NCBI RefSeq assembly: GCF_002945325.1
Contig: NZ_CP026606.1
Location: forward strand, 690,001 to 722,000
DNA length: 32,000 nt
Source: Methanococcus maripaludis
Lineage (GTDB): Archaea > AGJL01 > Methanococci > Methanococcales > Methanococcaceae
Direction of reading: 5' to 3'
Of the stretch, positions 1-9,192 are shown piece by piece. Below the pieces are notes generated by a model, which saw only the letters and a program-made list of their open reading frames with translations, was not told where the DNA came from and did not search any database. Each line of letters begins with the position of its first letter. The first letter of the stretch is position 1. Both the position numbers and the translations under genes were made by a program.

Positions 1-1
1 A

Positions 2-898
2 AATAATATTTTTCCCTGCTGTGGAGAATACAGCGTAGATATTGTAAAAATTGGAATTAACAAAGTATTGGATAGTTTAAAACTTCAGAAACTCGAAATT
101 TCCGAAAAATTAATCGATAAAACTGATATAATTTCACTTCCGGTAAGACCGCCAAATTTATGTGCTGGATGCATGCACAGAACGGTATTCTACGCATTTA
201 AGGAAGTTTCAAAGGAATTAAAAAAACATAACATTCAAACAATATTTTCAGGAGATATCGGGTGCTACACATTAGGAAATGCTCCCCCATTAGAATTAAT
301 CGATACTTGTCTCTGCATGGGTGCAGGAATTAGTATTGCCGGAGGAATTTCGAGAACTACTAAAAATTCAAAGAATGTGGCATTTATTGGGGATTCTACA
401 TTTTTCCATTCGGGAATTCCTGCAGTAATTAATGCAGTCTACAATAATGCAGACGTTACAATCGCAGTATTGGATAACCGGACTACTGCAATGACTGGAC
501 ACCAACCACATCCTGGAACTGGAAAAACTGCGCTTGGGAACCTTACAAAATTAATCGATATTGAGGGAATTTTGAAAAGTTGCGGAGTTGAATTTGTAAA
601 AACGGTCTCTGCAGATGATTTTTCTGCATGTAAAGAAATTTCAAAAGAAGCTATTGATTATAATGGCCCTTCTGCAGTTGTTTTTAGAGGAAATTGTGTT
701 TCAATCGTTAAATCCGATAAAAAATATGCCATTGATAAAAATAAATGTATAAGCTGTAAAATCTGCGTTGAAAGACTTGGATGCCCTGCAATAACTATGA
801 CTGGTGAAATTCCAGAAATTATGGAAAACTGTACAGGTTGTGGACTTTGTAAAGCCGTCTGTCCTGCTGATGCAGTAATTGAGGTGACCAAACAATGA
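2..898 (+). CDS. iorA: Indolepyruvate:ferredoxin oxidoreductase, alpha subunit (C-terminal part, truncated by left window edge)
   Basis: Frame is open from base 2 to the TGA at 898, so the TTG start at 68 is not the true start. TPP-binding region 'GDIGCYTLGNAPPLELIDTCLCMGAGISIAGG...NSKNVAFIGDSTFFHSG'; C-terminal double 4Fe-4S ferredoxin motifs CISCKICVERLGCP and CTGCGLCKAVCP. Followed by iorB with an ATGA overlap. Confidence 0.93.
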   Translation, partial: NNIFPCCGEYSVDIVKIGINKVLDSLKLQKLEISEKLIDKTDIISLPVRPPNLCAGCMHRTVFYAFKEVSKELKKHNIQTIFSGDIGCYTLGNAPPLELIDTCLCMGAGISIAGGISRTTKNSKNVAFIGDSTFFHSGIPAVINAVYNNADVTIAVLDNRTTAMTGHQPHPGTGKTALGNLTKLIDIEGILKSCGVEFVKTVSADDFSACKEISKEAIDYNGPSAVVFRGNCVSIVKSDKKYAIDKNKCISCKICVERLGCPAITMTGEIPEIMENCTGCGLCKAVCPADAVIEVTKQ

Positions 899-1494
899 AC
901 TTCAGTGTAATAATTTGTGGAGTTGGCGGACAGGGTGTTGTTTTAGCATCTCGTCTCCTTGCAATAACTGCAATGAATTCAGGTTTTCACGTAAATACTG
1001 CAGAAACGCTTGGAATGTCGCAGAGAGAAGGATCAGTAGTAAGCCACCTGCAGTTTGGTGAAACCATAAAATCTTCATTAATCCCAGAAGGCGGTGCGGA
1101 CTTGATAATAGGCCTTGAATTATCTGAAGTTGCACGAAATTTACATTTTCTTAAAAAAAATGGTAAAATAATCACAAATTGCAAAATGATTCTTCCAAGT
1201 GCAAGATCTTCAAATGAAACATATGATTCAGAACAAATTATAAATTTTATTAATAAATACGTTAAATCAACAATTTGTATCGATTTCTCAAAAATTGCTA
1301 AACTCGCAGGAAATCCAAAATCAATGAATGTTTCAGTTCTCAGTGCTGCATTTTATACTGGATTTCTGCCTTTAGATTATAATGACTTTTTAAAAACTAT
1401 CGAATCAGAAATTCCTGAAAAATATAGGGATATCAATTTAAATGCTGCCAAATTATCCGCAGAAACAATTATGCTGGAGGGCAATAATGAATAA
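895..1494 (+). CDS. iorB: Indolepyruvate:ferredoxin oxidoreductase, beta (gamma-type) subunit
   Basis: 'VIICGVGGQGVVLASRLLAITAMNSGFHVNTAETLGMSQREGSVVSHLQFG' is typical of IorB; overlaps the iorA stop codon. Confidence 0.93.
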   Translation: MNFSVIICGVGGQGVVLASRLLAITAMNSGFHVNTAETLGMSQREGSVVSHLQFGETIKSSLIPEGGADLIIGLELSEVARNLHFLKKNGKIITNCKMILPSARSSNETYDSEQIINFINKYVKSTICIDFSKIAKLAGNPKSMNVSVLSAAFYTGFLPLDYNDFLKTIESEIPEKYRDINLNAAKLSAETIMLEGNNE

Positions 1495-2731
1495 TAAACA
1501 ACTGGAAACGTATGCATTGGTTAAAAAATTACTCCGACACGTTTCAGAGGGTAGTGACTTTTACAAAAACAAATTTTCAAAAACGGGTATAAATATTGAT
1601 GAAATTAGTTCGCTTGAAGATTTTAAAAAAATTCCGTTCACTGAAAAAGAAGAATTAAGAAATGCATACCCTTTAGGCCTTCAGGCAGTTCCTGATGAAA
1701 AAATTGTCAGGATACACTCGTCATCCGGAACAACGGGAAGTCCTGTAATCATACCCTACACCCAAAAAGACGTGGATACGTGGTCAGAAATGATGATGAG
1801 ATGCTACCAAATGGCGGGCGTTACAAATAAAGATAGAATACAGATCACTCCAGGATACGGATTATGGACAGCAGGGATAGGATTTCAGTTAGGTGCCGAA
1901 CGTTTGGGTGCAATGGCAATACCAATGGGTCCAGGAAATACTGAAAAACAGCTTCAAATGATGGTGGATTTAAAATCTACCGTTTTAACATCTACTTCGT
2001 CTTATGCATTATTACTCGCAGAAGAAATACGGAAAAAAGGAATTCATGATAAAATTCACTTAAAAATAGGTGTAATCGGCTCTGAGAGATGGAGCGAAAA
2101 GATGAGAAATAGGATCGAAAGCGAACTTGGGATAAAAAGCTTTGATATTTACGGATTAACTGAAATATATGGGCCAGGAATTGCACTCGACTGCGAATAC
2201 CACGAAGGAATGCACTACTGGTCTGATCATTTATTATTTGAAATCATCGATCCAGTTACTGGTGAAAATTTACCTGATGGAGAACTTGGAGAACTTGTAA
2301 TTACAACACTTACAAAAGAAGGAGCCCCGCTTATAAGATACAGGACAAGGGATTTAACGAGAATTATTCCTGAAAAATGTAAATGCGGAAGTGAATATCC
2401 CAGAATCGATAGAATTCTTGGAAGGGCTGATGATAGAATCAAAATAAAAGGGGTAAATATATATCCGGGACAGATTGAAGATTTAATACATAAATTAAAT
2501 GGTGTAAGTAGCGAATACCAGATTATCCTCAGCAGATTCGAAGGTAGAGATTCTATGCTATTTAGGGTAGAAGTTGATGTTTCAGAAAAAGATTTTGAAG
2601 AAACAAAACTTGCAATCATAAAAGCATTTAAAACATACATAGGAATTTCACCCGACGTTGAATGTTTAAAAGTTGGAGAACTTCCAAGAAGCGAAAAAAA
2701 GAGTAGAAGAGTCTTTGACAATAGGGATTAA
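1487..2731 (+). CDS. Phenylacetate-CoA ligase family (AMP-forming)
   Basis: AMP-binding motif 'VRIHSSSGTTGSPVIIPYT', 'FDIYGLTEIYGPGIALDC', 'GELGELVITTLTKEGAPLIRYRTRDLTRI'. ATG at 1487 preceded by GGAGG is preferred over the upstream start at 1442; translationally coupled to iorB. Confidence 0.9.
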   Translation: MNNKQLETYALVKKLLRHVSEGSDFYKNKFSKTGINIDEISSLEDFKKIPFTEKEELRNAYPLGLQAVPDEKIVRIHSSSGTTGSPVIIPYTQKDVDTWSEMMMRCYQMAGVTNKDRIQITPGYGLWTAGIGFQLGAERLGAMAIPMGPGNTEKQLQMMVDLKSTVLTSTSSYALLLAEEIRKKGIHDKIHLKIGVIGSERWSEKMRNRIESELGIKSFDIYGLTEIYGPGIALDCEYHEGMHYWSDHLLFEIIDPVTGENLPDGELGELVITTLTKEGAPLIRYRTRDLTRIIPEKCKCGSEYPRIDRILGRADDRIKIKGVNIYPGQIEDLIHKLNGVSSEYQIILSRFEGRDSMLFRVEVDVSEKDFEETKLAIIKAFKTYIGISPDVECLKVGELPRSEKKSRRVFDNRD

Positions 2732-2775
2732 TTTTTTATTTTTATTTTAAAATTTTGTTTTGAAGAATTTGCATA

Positions 2776-2904
2776 TTACAATAAGTCAGGAAGCCTGTAA
2801 ACTCCAAAAGCCAATAAAAAAACAGCGATAACAAAAAATACCATCCATAAATAGTAAGATTCTAGCTTAGCGTGTTTTGACATTAGTTTTTTTATTAAAC
2901 TCAT
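2776..2904 (-). CDS. Candidate 42-aa single-transmembrane small protein
   Basis: MSLIKKLMSKHAKLESYYLWMVFFVIAVFLLAFGVYRLPDLL*. Basic N-terminus plus one hydrophobic segment; GTGAT ribosome-binding-like site 4 nt before ATG; TATATAT box at 2954-2961 upstream. Below the ORF-track length cutoff. Confidence 0.5.
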   Translation of the reverse strand: MSLIKKLMSKHAKLESYYLWMVFFVIAVFLLAFGVYRLPDLL

Positions 2905-3020
2905 ATATATCACGTAGGTAAGTATTATTTCTGAGAAACCTAGTTTTTAAAAATATATATACTTTTGCAGAAAGTGGGACACAGTTCACAAAAATAATCG
3001 AAATTAAAAAAATGATATAT

Positions 3021-3476
3021 TTAAAAGAATGACATTAATACATTTACAACTGAGACTTTTATAGAATTTACAATTCCTACTCCTTCCATCCTTATTTTAT
3101 CTGCCTTTAAAGCACTTTGAGCAGAACTTACAGGATCATCAGAGTCCAAAATTTCCCGAACTGTGATTTCATCCGTATACATATTCATCGTTGCATTTTC
3201 CAAACTTCCTTTTTCAAAACTTGTAATAATTCCATTTTCAACAATTATGGAAACCTGTAAATCGCTTTCATTGGTTTTTATATTTAAATTTATTCTTTCA
3301 TTTTTTGCAATATTTGTTGCAAACGGAATTTTGTCGAGATCTTCTGAATGATTCATTGCAATTGCTTTCATTTCAGAAAAAAGGTCAGTGATTTCTGATA
3401 AATTTATTATTTCCCCCGATACTGATGTTAAAACCAGTGAAAAAACCAATAATAACATAAAAGCTGTTTTCTTCAT
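3021..3476 (-). CDS. Secreted protein with possible SCP2-like fold
   Basis: N-terminal signal peptide MKKTAFMLLLVFSLVLTSVSG. Pattern '...TMNMYTDEITVREILDSDDPVSSAQSALKADKIRMEGVGIVNSIKVSVVN' resembles the C-terminal half of SCP2-type domains. Starts 8 nt after the upstream gene stop. Confidence 0.6.
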   Translation of the reverse strand: MKKTAFMLLLVFSLVLTSVSGEIINLSEITDLFSEMKAIAMNHSEDLDKIPFATNIAKNERINLNIKTNESDLQVSIIVENGIITSFEKGSLENATMNMYTDEITVREILDSDDPVSSAQSALKADKIRMEGVGIVNSIKVSVVNVLMSFF

Positions 3477-3484
3477 AAAAATCC

Positions 3485-3925
3485 CTATTTTTCTAAACTT
3501 TCCAAAAATAGTGCAATCTTTTTTACAACTACTTTTGCATCTTCATCATTTTCAGGATATTCAATATTTAAAACGGGCATTTCTTTTCTTCGAATGAGAT
3601 ATTTAGTAAGTTCATTTGTCCTTTCACACCCTACGCATCCAAATCCGATTGGCGCATGAACCATTACTATTGCCGCTTCCGCTTCATCAATTAAGGGGCC
3701 AATTAAAGACATTCTACCACGAACACCTGATGGAACCTCAATAGCCGCATATTTAAGGCCTTTTTTAGGGTCTTCATCAGTTATATTTAATGGTGGCGTG
3801 TCAATTTCGAGGTTTCTTACTTTATCCCCGATTGCATTATTGATCATTAATGGCTTGTGACCAAATCTCTCCACCAGATCTGCCAAAATAAGGCTATTTG
3901 ATGGGAATATGAATACTTTTTTCAA
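3485..3925 (-). CDS. Conserved methanogen protein, probably methanogenesis marker protein 5-like
   Basis: '[54 protein letters not shown]' recalled as methanogen-restricted; marker number uncertain. Confidence 0.5.
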   Translation of the reverse strand: MKKVFIFPSNSLILADLVERFGHKPLMINNAIGDKVRNLEIDTPPLNITDEDPKKGLKYAAIEVPSGVRGRMSLIGPLIDEAEAAIVMVHAPIGFGCVGCERTNELTKYLIRRKEMPVLNIEYPENDEDAKVVVKKIALFLESLEK

Positions 3926-3945
3926 TATATCACCAGAATTGATAG

Positions 3946-4329
3946 TTATCTTGGAAAAGCTTCGTCAGGCAAAAATTTCGCCAGATCTTTTCTTCGAGTT
4001 ATTGAATGAATTTCTTCAAATATTCCTGCAGTTAAATCTACAATACCTACTGCACCAGTAATTTCATCTTCTTCTTTTACTGGAACAACCACAACAGGCA
4101 CTCCTGCGTATGGGCCACAAATAGGGGTTACCCTTAAAATTTCCCCGCAGTCTAAAACCTGCTTTAAAACATATCCTTCGTAATTGTCGTCTAATAATTT
4201 TCCTTTTTCAATCCTAACTCCCGGTTTATCCCTAGAACGCATTGTCACTGGCGATTTATTAACCAATATGTGTATAGCATAAGCCAGTGGAAATATGTCC
4301 TTAGAACTGGTGCCCTTCAAATCAAGCAT
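3946..4329 (-). CDS. Conserved methanogen protein (DUF2111-like)
   Basis: 'KGYVLKQ'-like and '[40 protein letters not shown]'; GGTGGTGA upstream of ATG; 20 bp from the downstream marker-like gene. Confidence 0.45.
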   Translation of the reverse strand: MLDLKGTSSKDIFPLAYAIHILVNKSPVTMRSRDKPGVRIEKGKLLDDNYEGYVLKQVLDCGEILRVTPICGPYAGVPVVVVPVKEEDEITGAVGIVDLTAGIFEEIHSITRRKDLAKFLPDEAFPR

Positions 4330-4383
4330 GCTCTCACCACCTATTTAAGAACATATGTATCTCAAAGTATTAATATTTTTTAA

Positions 4384-4968
4384 TCAATCTTGAAGTTCGA
4401 CCAATTTATCATAAAACCGATTTAATGATTTTCTCGCATGTTTTAATTTTAAATTCCCTTCATCAAGCAATATATCCAAATATTCGCGATTAACCACCAT
4501 TTTTCCATCGTATGCAATTGGAGCATCCATTTTAGCGGTCGTCATAATTTCTACAATGTATCTTTTACTTGAAATCGATTTTATTGAAGAAGCTTTTAGA
4601 CCGTTGTGGTATGCAAGTTCTAAAAGCTTTTTACTGGTGTCCGCATTTCTTGATGCAACGTGTAAAATTGGAGAATTTAAAACAAATGAAATTTTTTCAA
4701 AATTTTCAGATTTTTTTAAAAGTGCTTCATCAATTTCATCGTAATTGGCATAATGGTGCCATTTTCCAAGCCATCTTGAGTTTATTTTTGGATTTTTATC
4801 CTTTGGAAACTCAATTATTCCACATCTCCCAATACAGCTACTTGTAGTGTAGTAATCTTTAAATTCATTTATTTTATCTACCAAATACATAACTTCAAGG
4901 TCCACAAAATCATTATCAAGTGCTTCTTGGAGTTTTTTTAGAGTAAATTCTTTATCATCATTAAACAT
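4384..4968 (-). CDS. taw3: tRNA(Phe) wybutosine-pathway N4-methyltransferase, TYW3/Taw3 family
   Basis: 'YYTTSSCIGRCGIIE' motif, 'KWHHYANYDEI', 'SPILHVASRN...ELAYHNGLKASSIKSI' typical of Taw3. Confidence 0.88.
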   Translation of the reverse strand: MFNDDKEFTLKKLQEALDNDFVDLEVMYLVDKINEFKDYYTTSSCIGRCGIIEFPKDKNPKINSRWLGKWHHYANYDEIDEALLKKSENFEKISFVLNSPILHVASRNADTSKKLLELAYHNGLKASSIKSISSKRYIVEIMTTAKMDAPIAYDGKMVVNREYLDILLDEGNLKLKHARKSLNRFYDKLVELQD

Positions 4969-5091
4969 ATTTTCACTCGTTTTTAGAATAAGTTAAGTTT
5001 CAAAAAATAATATAAAAACATTAACCTAAAAGTAATGACTTAAAAATTCGAGTAAAATTATTAAAAAAAGTAAAATCAAAAAATAGAGAAA

Positions 5092-5436
5092 TTAAAAGTT
5101 AATTGTTTTATCTGCTTCTTTTACGAAAGCTATTAAATCGTGCATTGTTCCAAAAGCAATTCCGTCAAGAAGTTCTTCTTCAGAAATTCCTCTTGCTTTT
5201 CCGCATGGACCGCATGCTTTTACTACTGCTCCTGCTTCAATTGCGTTTTCTAAAAGTTCTGAATATTTAGGAACTCCTGCTGGGTTTTGGTCTTTTTTAC
5301 CAACATAAACCCCATCTTCGAGTAAAAATATATTAACGTCAATTCCCTCTAAAAGGGCAGTTAGTGCAAATCTTAAAGCAGAGTAAGCTCTTTCTTTTCC
5401 GTAAGGTGCATCTCCTATTATAACTGTAAATTTCAA
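5092..5436 (-). CDS. DsrE/DsrF-like sulfur-relay family protein
   Basis: 'VIIGDAPYGKERAYSALRFALTALLEGIDVNIFLLEDGVYVGKK...VKACGPCGKARG'; adjacent to tusA-like gene. Confidence 0.85.
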   Translation of the reverse strand: MKFTVIIGDAPYGKERAYSALRFALTALLEGIDVNIFLLEDGVYVGKKDQNPAGVPKYSELLENAIEAGAVVKACGPCGKARGISEEELLDGIAFGTMHDLIAFVKEADKTINF

Positions 5437-5445
5437 AATTTCACC

Positions 5446-5658
5446 TTATTTTTTTATAACTATTTTGAATCCGTCTGAACTTTCTTCAGTGGATAGTACT
5501 TCATGACCTTTATCTTCCACGAATCTTACGATATTTTGAAGAGCTGGCTTGTAATCTCCAGTAACGGTTAATTCATCTCCAGAAGTTAATGAATCTAATG
5601 CTTTTTTTGTTTTTAAAACAGGCATAGGGCATACTGTTCCTGTAACGTCAAGTTCCAT
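5446..5658 (-). CDS. TusA/SirA-family sulfurtransferase
   Basis: CPMPVLKTKKAL motif (CPxP), 70 aa, ggaggt upstream of ATG. Confidence 0.9.
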   Translation of the reverse strand: MELDVTGTVCPMPVLKTKKALDSLTSGDELTVTGDYKPALQNIVRFVEDKGHEVLSTEESSDGFKIVIKK

Positions 5659-5814
5659 AATAAAACCTCCCGATATATATTAGATATACTAATATCTTTT
5701 AAAACATTGATTTATTTTTTACCAAAGCGCTAATCTGCTACAATTTATATTTTTAGGCAGATTATATAAATATATTTATTAATTATTCTAATAAAGCTTA
5801 AAATATTCTGAAAA

Positions 5815-6504
5815 TTAATATTCCAAGAGTTCAAAGTACTCATAATCAATGATGTTATCTTTTACCATCCACAATTCACGATATTTTCTTGAAAGTTCGA
5901 TTAATTTCTTTAAAATATCTTTATCAGTTTTTCCCCGCTCAAAAAGCTCGTCAACTATTAAAAATAATATTTCTTCAAGTTTTTTTCGCTCCTGAATGTA
6001 TTTTATCACTTCAGGAATTATTAAAATAAGTTCTTCATTTCCAGCATTCTTTAAAAATTGATTCCTCAAAAACGAAGTGAAAGTAAATACATTTTTCTTT
6101 TCTATTTTTGTAAGTTCTAACATGTTTTTTGCAGTATCAAGAAGGTTTTTATCAGTTTTTATAAATTCATCCCATAAATTGTGTTTTTCGACAATACTTT
6201 CAAAAATTTTTAAAATTTCCAATTTATCAAGTTTTGAAAAATTTAAGAATAATTCATCCCCATCAACATATTTTCCAGATTTATAAGACTCTAAAAGAGC
6301 ATATGCGTGTTTACAGTTGTATTGATAAGGACAAGTACAAATTCCGGTTTTTGTTTTTAAATCCACCTTTGTTATATATTTATTCCCCCCATAAACCGTT
6401 CCATGAAGGGTATTCCCTCGTTTTACACAGTATTTTACCATGTTTTTTAAAAAATATTCGCGTCCCCTTTCTCGAACCATTTCATCATATATGTCGTCAT
6501 TCAT
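5815..6504 (-). CDS. SWIM zinc-finger domain protein
   Basis: CTCPYQYNCKHAYAL = CxCx(n)CxH SWIM motif. The track start is 6546, but ATG at 6504 has GTGAT 3 nt upstream and matches the usual family N-terminus. Confidence 0.8.
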   Translation of the reverse strand: MNDDIYDEMVRERGREYFLKNMVKYCVKRGNTLHGTVYGGNKYITKVDLKTKTGICTCPYQYNCKHAYALLESYKSGKYVDGDELFLNFSKLDKLEILKIFESIVEKHNLWDEFIKTDKNLLDTAKNMLELTKIEKKNVFTFTSFLRNQFLKNAGNEELILIIPEVIKYIQERKKLEEILFLIVDELFERGKTDKDILKKLIELSRKYRELWMVKDNIIDYEYFELLEY

Positions 6505-6576
6505 GTTATCACGGAATCTAGCAATGTTAAATATATTCAAATTCAAATTTATATGTGTATTTGGTGGAGGGAAAAT

Positions 6577-8289
6577 ATGAATCTTGAAAAAGAAGTTTCG
6601 ATAGTCCTCGGCGGCGCTGCAGGACAGGGGATACAGACAATTGAAGAATCCCTTACAAAAATATTGAAATTATCAGGATACAATGTATTTGCTACAAAAG
6701 AATACATGTCAAGAGTTAGGGGCGGAATAAACACTACTGAAATTGTAATATCCTCGGAAAAACAGCGTTCTTTTTTAAAAAGAATAGATTTGCTGGTAAC
6801 ATTTAAAAAAGGTGTTTTAAACCACCTCAAAGATAGAATTTCTGAAAATACAATTATTTTAGGGGAAAAAGAAAATATTGACGAAGAATTTATAAATAAT
6901 AAAAATATTATTGATATTCCAATCCAAGAAATAAGTAAAAACATTGGAAACGTTTTGTTTTCAAATACGGTAGGTTCAGGAATAATACTTGGAATTTTTG
7001 ATTGCGATTTAGAGCTTTTTAATAAATATCTCGAAGATAAATTTTCTAAAAAGGGAAAAGAAATCGTAGATAAAAATATAGAAGCTGCAGAAAAAGGATA
7101 TGAACTTGGAAAAAAAATATTAAAAGATTTAGATTTAAGCTTAAATATAAAAAAAAATGAAAAAATTAATAATGAAATTATTTTAAGCGGTACAGAAGCT
7201 GTTGCACTTGGAGCTGCAAAAGCAGGTTGTAATTTTGTATCATTTTACCCGATGACTCCTTCAACAGGAGTTTCCACATTTCTTGCGACTCATTCAAAAG
7301 ACCTCGGAATTATTGTAGAACAGGTTGAGGATGAAATTTCTGCAATAAATATGGCTATTGGTGCAGGATATGCGGGAGCTAGAAGCCTTGTTACTACATC
7401 GGGGGGCGGATTTTCGTTAATGTGTGAAGCGGTAAGCCTTTCGGGAATGACTGAAACTCCAGTTGTGATATATCTTGCACAAAGACCGGGGCCCTCAACT
7501 GGGCTTCCAACAAGAACTGCACAGGGGGATTTAGAACTAGCACTTTATTCTGGGCATGGAGAATTTCCTAAAATTATATATGCGCCGGGAAAAATTGAAG
7601 AAGCTCATAAAATAAGTCAGATTGCATTTAACATGGCGGATAAATATCAAGTTCCGGTTTTTGTATTATCTGACGAATATTTGGCGGACACGTATTACAA
7701 TCTGTCAGATAATGAACTTGAAACCCTAAAAAAGGAAAATAACGTTGTAAAAACCAGCTTAGATTATAAAAGATATGAACTTAATGAAAATATCGTTTCA
7801 AAACGAGGAATTCCGGAATATGGGGAAGGAATTGTACTTGCGTGTGGAAACGAACATGATGAATTTGGAGATATTACAGAAGATATCGATTTAATAAACA
7901 AAATGACTGAAAAAAGGAATAAAAAGTTAGATTTAATTAAAAAAGAAGCGATTGAACCCGAATTCATTGGAAATGAAACTTACAAAAACCTGATTGTTTC
8001 GTGGGGCTCAACATTTTACCTGATAAAAGATGCACTTGAAAAATTAAATCTGAAAGATACTGCATTTTTACACTTCAACCAGGTTTATCCTATCTCAGAT
8101 TCTGCTGAAAAATACCTGAAAAATGCCGAAAAAGTAATAAATATTGAATTAAATTATACCGGACAGCTTGGAAAGCTTTTAAAACGGGAATTTGGAATTG
8201 AAATGAATGATAGTATTTTAAAATACGATGGAAGGGTTTTTGCAGTTGAAGAAATTATCGAAAAAATCGAAAAAGTTTTGAGGGAGTGA
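6577..8289 (+). CDS. 2-oxoacid:ferredoxin oxidoreductase, fused gamma-alpha subunit
   Basis: N-terminal gamma domain 'LGGAAGQGIQTIEESLTKIL..GYNVFATKEYMSRVRGG', then alpha domain 'GTEAVALGAAKAGCNFVSFYPMTPSTG...EDEISAINMAIGAGYAGARSLVTTSGGGFSLM'. ATG 6577 preceded by GGTGGAGGG. Confidence 0.9.
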   Translation: MNLEKEVSIVLGGAAGQGIQTIEESLTKILKLSGYNVFATKEYMSRVRGGINTTEIVISSEKQRSFLKRIDLLVTFKKGVLNHLKDRISENTIILGEKENIDEEFINNKNIIDIPIQEISKNIGNVLFSNTVGSGIILGIFDCDLELFNKYLEDKFSKKGKEIVDKNIEAAEKGYELGKKILKDLDLSLNIKKNEKINNEIILSGTEAVALGAAKAGCNFVSFYPMTPSTGVSTFLATHSKDLGIIVEQVEDEISAINMAIGAGYAGARSLVTTSGGGFSLMCEAVSLSGMTETPVVIYLAQRPGPSTGLPTRTAQGDLELALYSGHGEFPKIIYAPGKIEEAHKISQIAFNMADKYQVPVFVLSDEYLADTYYNLSDNELETLKKENNVVKTSLDYKRYELNENIVSKRGIPEYGEGIVLACGNEHDEFGDITEDIDLINKMTEKRNKKLDLIKKEAIEPEFIGNETYKNLIVSWGSTFYLIKDALEKLNLKDTAFLHFNQVYPISDSAEKYLKNAEKVINIELNYTGQLGKLLKREFGIEMNDSILKYDGRVFAVEEIIEKIEKVLRE

Positions 8290-8294
8290 AATTT

Positions 8295-9155
8295 ATGGAA
8301 AACAGTTTATTTCAAAGAACCGAAAAACTAGATATTTCGTGGTGCCCCGGGTGTGGTAACTTTGCAATAAAAGCTTCACTTTCAAATGCCCTGACTGAAT
8401 TAAATTTAAAACCTGAAAATGTTGCAATTATTTCAGGAATTGGACAGGCTGGAAAGATGCCCCACTACATAAAAGTAAATGGATTTCACACGCTTCATGG
8501 AAGGGCGATACCTGCTGCAACTGCCGTAAAAGCTACAAATCCAAATCTTACAGTAATTGCGGAAGGCGGTGATGGTGACATGTATGCGGAAGGCGGAAAT
8601 CACCTCATTCACGCGATAAGGAGGAACCCAAATATCACGGTTCTAATACACAATAACCAGATATATGGCCTTACAAAAGGACAGGCTTCCCCAACAACGC
8701 TGATTTCTACAAAAACACCAACTCAACCTTGGGGAGTATTTGAGGAACCGCTAAATCCAATAGCACTTGCAATATCACTAAATGCATCTTTTGTTGCCCG
8801 TACATTTTCGGGAAACCTTGAAAAAACCAAAGAAATAATAATTAAAGCAATAAATCATAAGGGTTTATCGATAGTAGATATATTCCATCCATGTCCTTCG
8901 TTTAACAAATTAAATACTCTTCAATGGTACAAAGAAAATACTTATTTCTTAGAAGACCACGACGTAACTAATAGAAAAAAAGCATTTGAAAAATCCCTTG
9001 AAACTGAAAAATATCCGCTTGGAATATTTTATACCTGTGAAAAACCAGTATTTGAAGAAGTTGTTCCACCATACATTTCAGAAAAAACCCCAATCTGGAA
9101 AAGAGAACCAAATCTAGAAAAAATTGAAGAAATAATAAATTTAAAAAGAAGCTGA
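8295..9155 (+). CDS. 2-oxoacid:ferredoxin oxidoreductase, beta subunit (TPP-binding)
   Basis: 'WCPGCGNFAIKASLSNAL', 'HTLHGRAIPAATAVKATNPNLTVIAEGGDGDMYAEGGNHLIHAIRRNPNITVLIHNNQIYGLTKGQASPTT'. Confidence 0.93.
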   Translation: MENSLFQRTEKLDISWCPGCGNFAIKASLSNALTELNLKPENVAIISGIGQAGKMPHYIKVNGFHTLHGRAIPAATAVKATNPNLTVIAEGGDGDMYAEGGNHLIHAIRRNPNITVLIHNNQIYGLTKGQASPTTLISTKTPTQPWGVFEEPLNPIALAISLNASFVARTFSGNLEKTKEIIIKAINHKGLSIVDIFHPCPSFNKLNTLQWYKENTYFLEDHDVTNRKKAFEKSLETEKYPLGIFYTCEKPVFEEVVPPYISEKTPIWKREPNLEKIEEIINLKRS

Positions 9156-9192
9156 TAAAACTCAACTATTTAATTAAATATTAAAAAATTTT

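Noticed and set aside
68-898. Start codon at 68 for the first ORF
   Set aside because: The reading frame is open to the left window edge with IorA-like sequence (NNIFPCCGEYSVDIVKIG...), so this is an internal TTG and the gene is truncated.
1992-2186. Antisense or shadow ORFs reported opposite annotated genes (e.g. 1992-2186, 2227-2721, 6549-6944, 9594-9995, 15681-15920, 19681-19887, 26270-26467, 31088-31360)
   Set aside because: They lie opposite confidently identified genes, have low-complexity compositions and lack recognisable domains or ribosome binding sites.
5682-5697. AGATAT-4nt-ATATCT palindrome upstream of the TusA-like gene as an operator
   Set aside because: Composed only of AT-rich hexamers in a very AT-rich promoter region, so easily expected by chance.
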